A stretch of DNA of 20,000 nt from Chromera velia (GCA_018398765.1 JAHBMJ010000477.1:107031-127030), one strand, 5' to 3'; shown: positions 1-10,946, numbered from the stretch's first letter. Translations and numbers: made by a program. Notes: generated by a model from the letters alone, not told the origin.

Positions 1-641
1 CCCTGTAATTTGAATTAGTGCATGAAAAAAAAGAATCAAAGGAAGAAAAAAAAGAAGAAATACTGAGAGAAACAAACGACAAGACAAGATAAATGTTCAC
101 GCTGTTGGAATCCTCGACCATGCTGCGTCTCTTTTCTGTCTGCGATGAATTCATCATCTCATCAATGATCCCTTTTCACCCTCCCTGCTTTTGAATTCTC
201 TGAAAGAAGAGGCTGAGCTGTAGTTATTCCATGTTGTCTCGCTACCAGACTTGACGGCACACAGACAGATGATTGACGACTCGGTAAAATTGAAAGGACG
301 AAAGAAAGAAAGAAAGAAAGAAAAAGAGAGAGAGAGAGGGAAAGAGAGACGAAAGAAAAAGGAACAATCGGCAGGCAACAAGCCATGACCGAATCCAGCA
401 TTCGACCGGAGAAGTGCATGAGGAGCAGACGGACGAGAGTCTGAGCGAAACGACGAAAAAGAAAAAAAAGGAAAAATAGGAAAATTTTCTGAAAGTTCCA
501 GAAGATGAGAAAAGTAAAAAAGCTCACAACCCGATACCCTTCTCTCCGGCTGTGTCACTTCATGGTGCACGCTTTTGAGGATCCATGCATCTTGTTGATG
601 TGAATTCCTTCTTTCTTTACATAGGTGGGACTAAGAAATTG

Positions 642-646
642 CACAC

Positions 647-683
<37 letters not shown>
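642..683. repeat. (CA)n microsatellite
   Basis: Direct reading. Confidence 0.9.
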
Positions 684-685
<2 letters not shown>

Positions 686-1429
686 GCGAGGGAGTTCCGT
701 GAATTGGGAGGGAGAGATGGAGAAAGAAAATGCCCGATTGATGACGGCTTTGAGCTGGTCGGCCGCCTAGCCGTAACTTGGCGGCCTGATAGCAGAACAA
801 AAAGAAAAAGAAGAGGGAGGGAGGGAGAATTCAGAAAGAAGATCGAAAAAAGCTCACCGATTACTCCTTTCGTCTTTCCATCCTACATACCTTCTTTCCA
901 CCCTATCTACCTTCTTTCGTGACTTACTCGTTTCCACCCATTTTTCTGCCGCCCCCTTCCCCTTTCCCCTCCCTCTTTGTTCCCTCCCCCTCTCCCTTTG
1001 TTCCCCTCCAACCACAAGAATAAATACCGAATGCCTTCTTTTTTGCATGGGCACGCATTTCCTTCTACCTCTCTACCAGATGCGTATGAGCTTCCACTCT
1101 ATTCAGTCTGACACATGCATCAGTAGCTCAACTTTCAGCTTTGGAAAATGGAAGGGGACACAGAAGGGAAAGAAAGAACTCCTCCAAGAAGAGAAGAAAA
1201 AGGAAGAGAGAGCGGGGAAACGAAAAATCAGTTGTATGCAAGGAAGGAACCTGAATTTCTTTAAGTTAAATATTCTCATAAATTCGCTCTCTCACTCACG
1301 GAGACGGCATCAATCAATTGATCAAAGAAGCTAGGAAGTCTCTCTGGTTTTTCGATCCTCCTTTTTGAATTCGGTTAGCGACATGCATCGGCCCCAAAGA
1401 AGAATGGAGCGAGGCCACATACACATGTG

Positions 1430-1445
1430 CACACAGACACTGACA

Positions 1446-1491
<46 letters not shown>

Positions 1492-1530
1492 CACAGAGTC
1501 ATGCTAAGCGTACTCTGAATTCTAGTGAGC

Positions 1531-1561
<31 letters not shown>
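1430..1561. repeat. (CA)n and (CAGA)n microsatellites
   Basis: (CA)n at ~1430-1495 and (CAGA)n at ~1529-1561. Confidence 0.9.
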
Positions 1562-2199
1562 AAAACATGCCTGCATGATTCTTTTGATTCGTTCGCAATA
1601 TTCCCTTTGGAACTCAGGCTTTCTTTCTTCGGCAACAACTATTGTCTTTTCTTTCTTTTCGTACTTTGCTTGCGCTCTCTCATGCCGTGCGAATGATTGA
1701 TGGCTTCTTCTTGTTTGTTCCAGGCAGGGAACGTTCTTCTTCATTGCCTCCTTCAGCAACGTACAACCGTTTTCTCCCCCTTCCCCTTTCGCATTCTCAT
1801 TTCTTGATTGAGATCCCATGTTGCTTCTTTTTGCCCTGCTCCGTCCCTGTATGTCCCCTTTCTTTCTTCGTCCCTTAATTTCTCTTCATCCATCTGCGTC
1901 CCGTACGTGCTGATTTTTGTCTTCACCTCCAGTAGACTGTCTGTCTGTCAATCGATACAAGTAATTCTTGGGATCATTAGTTGCTTCCGTCCTTGCGAGC
2001 CTCCACGCGCACGTACGTGTAACCACATACCATTCATGCATTTACTCATGCATCCACCCACGCATTCATTCAATTAGTCTTGCCTGCATGTACGTAGTCT
2101 TTCTGCTCGTCTCTTTTTCTCTGTTGTAATTCTCAAATTTTTTGTCCTTTCTCTGCCCCTCTCTCACTTTCTCCCCCGCCACCTCCCTCACTCACTCAC

Positions 2200-5100
2200 T
2201 CACTCGTTGAATGAGTGTGTTTTCTGTTGGAATGGGGGGCGGGGGAGCAGAGGCGTTCCCTCCTCTCCCAAGCCCATCGCCTCTCCGAGGGACATCTCCG
2301 CGTCCGGATCCCCTGGGAGGGGAAAAGTAGGGGGGGCGTCGCCGTCGACAGCCATGGATGCGCATTCCTCCCCTGAACCCCGAGCCGCCGCCGCAGCTGC
2401 TGCTGCAGCAGGATGCGGGTGGTGGTGCGGGGCTGCACAGGCCCCTCCTTGCGGGTGGGCCGGGGGGAAATTACCGGCAGCGCATTGTCCGTACGGCACC
2501 GCTGCCGCCCCATACGGTAGTGGTGCGGCATGTTGGTGACTGGAGTGCAAGGCTGCTGAAGCAGCAGACGGCATGCTCGTTTGGGTGGAGTGGTAGGGAG
2601 GGTGCATGGGTACAGGTATCTGCTGGTGGCTCACACTTTGACTTTGCTGAGTGCCCGAGAAGGGAAAGGGATTTGAGTCGCCAGTAGTGGCCTGATGGGA
2701 GTTGTGGATTGCGTGAGTGTGCGTACTCCCATTTAGCAGATTGTCAGGGATATGCTGAGAGGAGCTGCAGGGAGCGAACGCAGCATTCGCGTTTCCCTGC
2801 TGCTGCTGCTGCTGCTGCTGCTGCCGGTGTTGTTGTTGGGAACTGTGGAAGGAAGCTGTAGATGTGTGAGCTCCTCCGGATCCTGTGGCTGTGTGTGTGT
2901 GTGAGGCAGGACCTGCGGGTGGCTGCTGCTGCTGCTGCTGTTGCTGCCTCGGTCTGCCTTGCGCTCGTACCCTCTCCCGTTGTTCGTACCACTTGACTTC
3001 CACGAGTAGTTCGGCTGCAGGAAGGGAGGCAGGGAAGGGAAGGGAAGGAAGGGAAACACACACGCACGGAGGAATCAAAAGTGGAGTGAGTGCACGCACG
3101 GGAGGAATACCTCGATGAGAAAAGAGAAAGAGAAAGAATAATTTCTGAAGCGCGTAAAAGCGAGGAAAGTGGCAAAAAGATGAGAGGGTGGAGAAAGAGA
3201 AAAGGAACACAGCGGAAAAAAAAAGAGAAAAGTTAATCAGAGTATCCACACATACAGAAATCTGTACGAACCCACCCACCCACGAATGAATAAATGACCG
3301 GACTGACCAAGAAGCCGTCGAGACTGTGCACCCGGAGAAGGTGTCAGGGGGTTTTCCTGAAGCGAGTGGAAGGGGATCTGTTGTTGATGATGCTGCAGAC
3401 CTCCTCCTCCCACATGTCCTGCCCCGTAGGCGAAGGAAGATGAAGAAGAGGACGATGACGACGAAGAGGAAGAGGATGAAGACGAAGACGAACTGCCATT
3501 ATTATTTTGGACAGTGGAAGAGACCGAGTTGTCTCTCGTCGATGCCGTCGTTGCGTCTGCGCTGTCTCCGAAGAATTCAAAGTCAAACACAGTGTAGTCG
3601 ACAGGCACACCCTCAGGTTCGTCTTCATCCAAATGAAGAGAGGCGAAGAAGGGGTGTTCGAGACATTCCGCTGCTGTGGGTCGCTTCCTAGGTGAGAAGG
3701 ACAGGAGACAGTCGAGGAGCCCGATGCAGTCTGGGCAATCTCGGGCGGCACTGAACAGCGCCCTGAGTCTGTCTGCACGGCTGATCTCATCATTCCGAGG
3801 AATTCGACGGATGAAATCCCGAACCTGAAAGACACAGGGAAGGAAGGCAAAGAAAGAAAGGCGAATACAGAAAGTGAAAAGGTCTAAAGAACTTCTCTCA
3901 CGGGCATCGTCAGTCAGAAACCGATCCTGAATCAAAGACAGACAAGCATACACACACACACATACACACACACACACGCACAAATACACTCGCACACACA
4001 TGACCAAGAAGACAAGCTTCCCGGCCTACAGAATGAAGAAAATGAAGGAGAGGCAAAGACCGTCTTTGCCGAAAAGCCAACCCCGACCGACCGACCGACC
4101 GACCCACTCACCGATGCTGTGGGGATCTCATCAATTTCCTCTTCACTCGGGTGTCCAAGTACCTCGATAATCTTCCGAAGTTGATCCTTTGTCGAGGAGC
4201 CTCTGAACAGGGGACGCCGTGTCAGCAATTCCCCCAGAATGCACCCAACCGACCTGCATGGGGGGCATCACAAAACAACAGGGTTGGGGCATGTCAAAGT
4301 TACGGAAAGGGGGAAAGAGAAAAAAGAAAAAGGGCAGGCGGGGAGGGAAAAAAGTGGAACAACGTAAGAAAACGAGAAACAGGGGGAGAAAGCTGGAAAG
4401 AAATTGCAAAGGGGGAATGAAGGCAGGAGAGGGTATCTACGCACCTTTCTTCTCTTTCCAGGCCCCAGAGTACCAGCAAGGGTTCAAGAACATCATGTGA
4501 AAGCGAAACAAGATTGACAGAACCCCCTGAATGCCACTGACTGATTGACTAACTGACTGACTGACCAGATGTCGACTTTGGTGTCGTAGGAAGACCATGC
4601 ACAGATGACCTCAGGTGCCCTATACCACCGAGTCTGGACGTAGTCAGTGTAGGGGACCACAGGGGCGCCCCCTGCCATGGTCCTTTCGGGTTCCCCCCCC
4701 CCGCCCTCGTGCTCGACTCCGTCGTCTCCGTCCTCGGAGTGACGCCTGGCTAGGCGGGCCTGGTTGGTCACTTTCGACAGCACCCGTGCCAGGCCAAAGT
4801 CACACACTGCGAGGTCGCAATTCGAGTTCACTAGCAGGTTGCGGGGTTTCTGCAACATACAAGGGGAGAATAAGTAAGAGTTGAACGCGTCATGGGGCAT
4901 TATATTTTGGAGGGGGAAAGAGGTCCAGAAGCCATAGGAAGGAAACTGAGGGGAGATTTGATTTTTCTTTTCCGACTCCGGCAAAAGATGGATGAGCGTT
5001 GACGGCAGACTGCAGGAATCTGAGAGTTGCGTTACATGGCGTGCCGACAGAGAGACTCAGTACGAAAGAGGAGAGGGGAAAGAAGGTGGGGAGGCAAGGG

Positions 5101-6537
5101 AGACCAAAAGACAGGCGGCAAGAGACGACAGCCTGAGCAGGAGAGGAAAGGAGAAGAGATGACAAGAAAAGAACACAGGAGAGAAGAAGAGAGGAAAGGA
5201 AAGGAAAAGATTGAAGGAGAAAGGAGAGCAGAGGAGAGAGGGAGAGGACACAAATGGAGGAAGGAGAGCTGATCGACTGACGAGATCCCTATGAAGAAAG
5301 TTGGAGGTGTGTATAAACTTCAGAGCCCTGAGAACTTGATAGATGAAGAACTGGCAGTGGGCGATTGCGAGTGGTTGAGGAGACCCGATGATTTGTGCGA
5401 GGTCTGTCTCCATCAGGGTCGTGATCATCCACCTGCATGACCATCCGTGCATTGGTTGCTTGATTGATTGATCGAGTCATTTGATTCATTCCACACAGGG
5501 AGGCAGGCATTGATCCACACAAAAGAAACTAGGAAGGGAGGAAGGATTGACGGAGAAACGTGAGGACCGACTTGAATGCATCATGCCAATGATCAGTGAG
5601 TGAGCGACTTCGTTTGTCATCTGTTTTCTCTTCTCTTTCGCTGAGTTTTGAGTTGGATATCAAAGAGGAAGGAGGAAACGGGAGAGGCAGAGTGGGAGGG
5701 GGAGAGGGAGAGAGATGAGAGAAGGCCGGATGGAAGAAAGAGGGAGAAAAGGGAAAAGAGAGGGGTGAGGGGGAAAGAGGGAGGGAGAACAAAAGAAACA
5801 GGCGAACTGAAGGGAGGTGGGGATGAGAAGGCAGCATAGGACCCGAAAGATGAGATGAGGAGGGGGGGGACTGTGTGTGTCATGAAGCTGCCAAGCCACT
5901 CTATGGACACAAAAGACTGTTTGAATGGTTCTACGCTATGTATTCATGGCTTGAAATGGGGGTTTTCTGTCGAGACTCAAGCACGGCCTCATCGCATGGA
6001 GATGGGGAGCATGAAGGTCGGTCTCTCAGCGCCTGACACCTGGCATGTACCGTTAACGGTTGGGGGGATGTGGACGGTCGGACTTACATAGTGATTCCCG
6101 TTGTGTCCACGTTGCCGTCTTCCTTGACGGGAACCTCGGCAAGGTTTGTGACAGGGACGGTGCGTGTGTTGCCGTGGACGTCTGTTACTGTACGGGTGAG
6201 AACAATCCCCTTCAGATTCAGGATATTCTCGTGGCCCTTCAAAGTTCGCAAAATTCGGGCCTCCCGCAAAATCCGTTTCGCGAACAAAACGCACTGGAAC
6301 ACTTCAGGGCAACGCTTGATGGCGACAGATTGTCCTGTGAGGTTGTCTTTTGCCTTGCTGCAGAACAACGTACAACACCATATGGATTCGAGTATGTATG
6401 TATGCCATACTGAGACACAAAAGATGCGGATGCCGATGGATTCTTGCAGACACTGACCATACTGTGCCATAAGCGCCGTGACCGATCCAGTCGATCACTG
6501 AATACCTTGGTCCGAGCTCGAACTGATCCTGCTGCAT
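2200..6537 (-). CDS. Mitogen-activated protein kinase (CMGC/MAPK, TDY activation motif), 7 exons: 6537-6458, 6357-6088, 5432-5282, 4849-4566, 4253-4112, 3824-3308, 3014-2200; 752 aa
   Basis: Splicing at GT..AG sites gives one 2259-nt frame with consistent phases. Motifs in order: [81 protein letters not shown], then a Q/H/A-rich tail. Start ATG at 6537; the ORF-track start at 6741 is a TTG. Confidence 0.93.
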
Positions 6538-6840
6538 CGCGGCGCGGCTTCGGACTTCAAAGGAAGAGAAGCTACTAGGTGGAGGTAGGTCAGAAGACCG
6601 CTTATGTGGACTACAGCTTCGTTGGGGTCGGCCGAGACCGTCGTCGGATGATTTTTCCGACAGAGAAAGTCTCTTAGAGCGTATGGGCCCAACAGCTAGG
6701 CGTTTAGTAGGAAATGAAGGAATAATACGTGAGGAAGACAAACGAATGAATCACTGAAGACACCGACCCAGACCTAGAACTTGGGCAAGAAGACCAGGAA
6801 AGTATACAGGCGTAGACGGCTTTCTGGCATGCGTATATCC

Positions 6841-7001
6841 ACGAGATACACCCAACCAGTTGGGTGAGTGCCTCGGGGGGCCCTTTAGGGGCGGGGTCCG
6901 CAAATTTGATTGATGCGCACCAGCCCGCTAGCGACACTAGCCTATACCATAGGCCCTTTGGCAGGCTACCATTACCAACGGGGTAGGCCTCTCCGCCCCC
7001 G
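6841..7001 (-). mobile_element. Truncated copy 1 (modules A+B) of a putative Helentron/DINE-1-like non-autonomous element
   Basis: 6841-6922 aligns with 8065-8144 and 6923-7001 aligns with 7588-7663. Contains hairpin CACCCAAC-ca-GTTGGGTG (6849-6866) and GCCTCGGGGGG (6870-6880). Confidence 0.6.
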
Positions 7002-7587
7002 ATCTAGCACAGTGCTAAGCACACTCACATCTTTGTGTGATGTGATAAACACACCCAACCAGTTATGACGAACGGTGCACCGGGATACACCGAGATACTG
7101 TCTTGGTGCTTGCCCAGACTGGAATTCAGGCCGGGCCCGGAGATCTACCAGGAGGGTGGGCAGGTAAATTTCGGGTTTTTTCTGAGGTATCCGCTACCCC
7201 GGGCATACGAATTGAGCGACTCTCTTCCTTGTTGCCTTGAGGCCAAGAGCTGACGTTCAGAAACCCTTCCCGATTTCTGTGACATTGAATTTCAGGGAAT
7301 TTCTGTTTCTACGCGCGTACTCCTTAACTTAAAGCCTCGGAGGGCAAAATAGCTATATCCGTGACACCCTAGGCGGCGCCAACCAAGGAACGCAAACACA
7401 GCTGCAGGCGCCACCATCGTAGGCCATCACTTGCTTTTGGACTATCTACGGCTGAGCCTTAGTTCCGGCTCCGCTTCCAATATTTTGTTTATGTCGCTCT
7501 GCCAGAACTGCCATCCCAGCCTCCATGCCCTACCACGTGCTCTACTGTTTGTCACCTAGGTCTGGTTTATCTGCTAGCCTAGAGTAT

Positions 7588-7990
7588 GCCCGCTAGCAAT
7601 ACTAGCCTACCATGGGCCCTTTGGTAGGCCACCATTGCCAGCGGGGTAGGCCTCTCTGCCTCCGGGGGCTTGGGCATGTGTTGTGCAGGTGCATAGGGCG
7701 GGGGCCATGACAATGTGTACAAAATATGCTTTTCGGGACCACACAAGCATACACTTGCAACTCTGTGCGAGTTATTTGAGGGGCACGCATGTGCAAAGTA
7801 ATTAAGGTATGTGCGATTACGGCTTCATGCGAGTTACTTAAAGGGCATATTTTAGAATTTGGGCGACACGGTGACAGACGGAGATAGAAGCGACCCCCCC
7901 CCCCAAAATGAAAAATTGCGTTATGCGAGTGCATGCGATCTCAGGGCCTCTCGGCTGATCTCAGCAGAGCTGAGCTACTCCCCGAGGCGA
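7588..7990 (-). mobile_element. Truncated copy 2 (modules B+C) of the same element
   Basis: 7588-7663 matches copy 1 module B. 7664-7990 aligns with 8148-8516, near-identical over the last ~95 bp (CCCCAAAATGAAAAA..GCGATCTCAGGGCCTCTCGGCTGATCTCAGCAGAGCTGAGCT..CCCCGAGGCGA). Confidence 0.6.
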
Positions 7991-8064
7991 CGACATTCCA
8001 TGACCTAGCTCCGAAAAATGTATCAATATTTTTTGAAAAATTCGAATTCCTTCAATTATTAATA

Positions 8065-8383
8065 ACGGGATACACCCAACTAGTTGGGTGAGTGCCTTGG
8101 GGGGCCTTTTAGGGGGTCGGCCATAATTTGATTATTGCAAACCATCAGGGGCTTGGGCATGTCTTGCCTGTATGGCCGGGTAAATGGTCGGCGGGGGCTA
8201 TGGCAACGTGCGTAAAATATGTTTTTCGGGACCGCATGTGCACGGCTAGAATATATGCAACTCTGTGTGAGTTACTTGACGGGCACGCATCATGACGTAC
8301 GTACGAGCGCAGAGTAATGCGATCACGGCTCCGTGCGAGTTGCTTGAGGGGCAAATTTTGGAATCAGGGCGACACCGTGCCAC

Positions 8384-8414
<31 letters not shown>

Positions 8415-8520
8415 CCGAACCCCCCCCCCCAAAATGAAAAAATGCGTTATGCGAGTGCGTGCGATCTCAGGGCCTCTCGGCTGATCTCAGCAGAGCTGAG
8501 CTGCCCCCCGAGGCGATACA
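8065..8520 (-). mobile_element. Copy 3 (modules A+C, both termini) of the same element
   Basis: Hairpin CACCCAAC-ta-GTTGGGTG (8073-8090). Subterminal inverted pair GCCTTGGGGGG (8094-8104) / CCCCCCGAGGC (8504-8514). (CAGA)n at ~8385-8414. Confidence 0.65.
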
Positions 8521-8623
8521 ACCACCACATTTTGTATATGCTACTGTGGGCCTCGGAGGGCAGTTCAGCTTTTAAGAGAGGCCCCAGAACAAATTACGCG
8601 CATAAAAAATCCTTTGCATGCAT

Positions 8624-8627
<4 letters not shown>

Positions 8628-8665
<38 letters not shown>

Positions 8666-8672
8666 ATATATA
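8628..8672. repeat. (TA)n microsatellite upstream of the GDPD-like gene
   Basis: Direct reading of the TA run. Confidence 0.9.
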
Positions 8673-8997
8673 TCTGACATTCTACCTAGCTATATATATT
8701 AATTGGATCGGCTGTGAAAATTAAGGCACTCACCGAAAATATTTGACGAAAAGGTCGATGTGTCACGTGGGCGTATATTTTTCCGTCGAATTAATTGCAA
8801 TTAAGTCGCTGTATCGCCGATCCGCACTTTTGTCGTGATTTGTGGGACGCCAGTATACTTGTAGATCTCCACTGTCAATCTGGTTTGACTGCACTGCACC
8901 ACTCCAACATCCTGTTCGGAAACCGAGAGACACGTCCATCGATTCACTCACCAGTGCTCAGACTTGTCCACTTACATACATACAACTGTACAGATCG

Positions 8998-10647
8998 ATG
9001 GCTACTCTTCCGGTGGCCACTCTTTGTGGCTTGCTGGTGCTCCTGCTTCTTGACGTTCCAATACCCCTGTTCATCCTTTTGCCTCTTGTTGTCTATGCTG
9101 CTGGCAGTGTGATCTTGACGGAGTTTCCGTGGTTGCTTTACGGAGATCCTCAGAAGAGCCACCGAAAGGGCCGACAGACCATTCTTGCTCAATGGGCCGC
9201 AAAGGCGGCAGAGTCAAAAGAGGGTGTGCCCTTTCTGATTGTACACAGAACGTCAAGCGGAGAAGCGCCAGAGAATACTCTTGCTGGTCTGCGTCATTCG
9301 ATAGAGAAGCAGGCTGAATGTGTTCAGATCGACACTCACTTAACCAAAGACTTCGTGACTGTCGTCTTTCAAGATAAGGAGACAGGAGCGAATCTTGCGC
9401 GTCTGACAGGAGAGGACGAGGGTACCACAATATTTGACGTCAAGTTCAAAGACCTCCGCCCTCTGTTAGAGACTTTGAAGTCCCTTATTCCTGAAGACCT
9501 TCCTTCAATACGCACTGAGGGTTTTGGTTCAGAGGGGCAAAGACTTGCATCGTTCAAAGAGTTCCTTGAAACCCTTCGGAGCATCGAAGAAGAAGGAGGA
9601 GCAAAACCTCTCGGGCCCCGGAAAGCAGTCGTGTGCGATTGGCCTCCACCCCCAAACTTGAAAAAACAGGGGACCGAAGGAAACCAAGCAGAAGAAATGG
9701 CCACAGTGGAAGACGCAGAAAAATCCGAAGAAGCCCAAAAGACAAACAACAAAACCGAGGAGAAAACGAAGAATCTTGTGAAACCCATTCAGCCTTTGCT
9801 TGTGTTTCTTTGGGATGCGGGGGAGACAGACGATCTGCCGGTTCGCGTTGTACAGTGGCTTCGTTTGTTCCATCGCGATCAGTTGACGGTATTAGGGACG
9901 CAGTTCCAGGACCGTCTGACAGACTATCTCGAGAGAGAAATGCCGGGGTGCCCGCGTATCTATACGCAGACCGAGATTGTTCGTCTAGGCTGGTGGTGGC
10001 ATCTTGGTCTTCTCCCTTTCTTTCCGTTAGAAATTTCGACCCGAATGTTCCATTGCCCCCTGATCGATGTCGATAAGTTCTTTCGCCTTGCTCGCCCAGA
10101 GCTGGACAGGGACTATTTCGAGGGGATGGGGTGTGAGACAGAGAGAGCGAGACTTGTGAAACAAATTGGAGAGAACGATGCAAGAGCCGCAGATGTTATG
10201 CGTCGCGGTGCAAAGGCGTTGATGGAAGACGGAGAAGAGGATGAGGAGACCGAGGTCGAGGCCGAGGGGGGGGCTCCGACAGTGGTTGAGCAAAGCCCGT
10301 CGGAGGTACAAAGTGCGACTGGGGGGGGGAAGAAAAGGCCCAAGAAGGCGCCAATGGGGCTGTTCTTTGTCCGTGCAACAGCTCACTTTATGTTGGGTAT
10401 GCGTAAATTCCTTCTGAATCAGGAGGGGTTTTGGAAGCATTTGCGGAAGAGGGGGATGGTCACGAGTGCGTTTTTGTGCAACACAGAGAAAGAGTTTGAG
10501 GAGGCGCACCGTCTGCGTGCGGTAGCGGTGATGACGGCACAACCCTCTCGTTATTGGCAGTGGGTGGAGAGCCGAAAAGGGAAACACGGGCTCGGCGAAG
10601 AAGGGGGACAACAGCTGGGAAAGGAAGACAACAAAAAGGCAAAGTAA
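8998..10647 (+). CDS. Glycerophosphodiester phosphodiesterase-domain protein, GDPD1/GDE4 (lysophospholipase D)-like, N-terminal hydrophobic anchor, intronless, 549 aa; catalytic residues degenerate
   Basis: Uninterrupted ORF from ATG 8998. Hydrophobic N-terminus, then IVHRTSSGEAPENTLAGL..VQIDTHLTKD..VVFQD (GDPD N-terminal motif). LGLLPFFPL and HLRKRG..N.E.EF..A....AVMTAQP resemble the GDPD1/3 C-terminal signatures. Confidence 0.85.
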   Translation: MATLPVATLCGLLVLLLLDVPIPLFILLPLVVYAAGSVILTEFPWLLYGDPQKSHRKGRQTILAQWAAKAAESKEGVPFLIVHRTSSGEAPENTLAGLRHSIEKQAECVQIDTHLTKDFVTVVFQDKETGANLARLTGEDEGTTIFDVKFKDLRPLLETLKSLIPEDLPSIRTEGFGSEGQRLASFKEFLETLRSIEEEGGAKPLGPRKAVVCDWPPPPNLKKQGTEGNQAEEMATVEDAEKSEEAQKTNNKTEEKTKNLVKPIQPLLVFLWDAGETDDLPVRVVQWLRLFHRDQLTVLGTQFQDRLTDYLEREMPGCPRIYTQTEIVRLGWWWHLGLLPFFPLEISTRMFHCPLIDVDKFFRLARPELDRDYFEGMGCETERARLVKQIGENDARAADVMRRGAKALMEDGEEDEETEVEAEGGAPTVVEQSPSEVQSATGGGKKRPKKAPMGLFFVRATAHFMLGMRKFLLNQEGFWKHLRKRGMVTSAFLCNTEKEFEEAHRLRAVAVMTAQPSRYWQWVESRKGKHGLGEEGGQQLGKEDNKKAK

Positions 10648-10946
10648 ACTTGCAAAGTAAAGCTGCTAGGAAGGAATTACTCTTAAATAATTGGTATTCG
10701 TTCCTGATGTAGAGGCGCTGTGTATAATATGCTAGATAATATGTATGTCTCAACAGAGTGTGTTTTTGTCTATTTTTCTTAATGAGTCAGCTAGTGAGTC
10801 AGTGAATATTAGAATGCTAGTTAGAATGTTAAAGTCTAGGTTAAAGTTCATACTAGATTATACTAGATTCACACTCCTATCAAAACAACAGTCTGTCTGA
10901 ACCCGAACGCTAAATGCCTTATACAGGCCGATGACGATGGTACATG

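Noticed and set aside
1..2070. Numerous short ORFs in the left region
   Set aside because: Microsatellite or low-complexity translations with no domain motifs; likely UTR or intergenic.
6538..6741. N-terminal extension of the MAPK
   Set aside because: TTG start; the ATG at 6537 gives a normal MAPK N-terminus.
8842..8997. 52-aa N-terminal extension of the GDPD ORF
   Set aside because: It starts at a GTG. The first ATG (8998) directly precedes the hydrophobic anchor.
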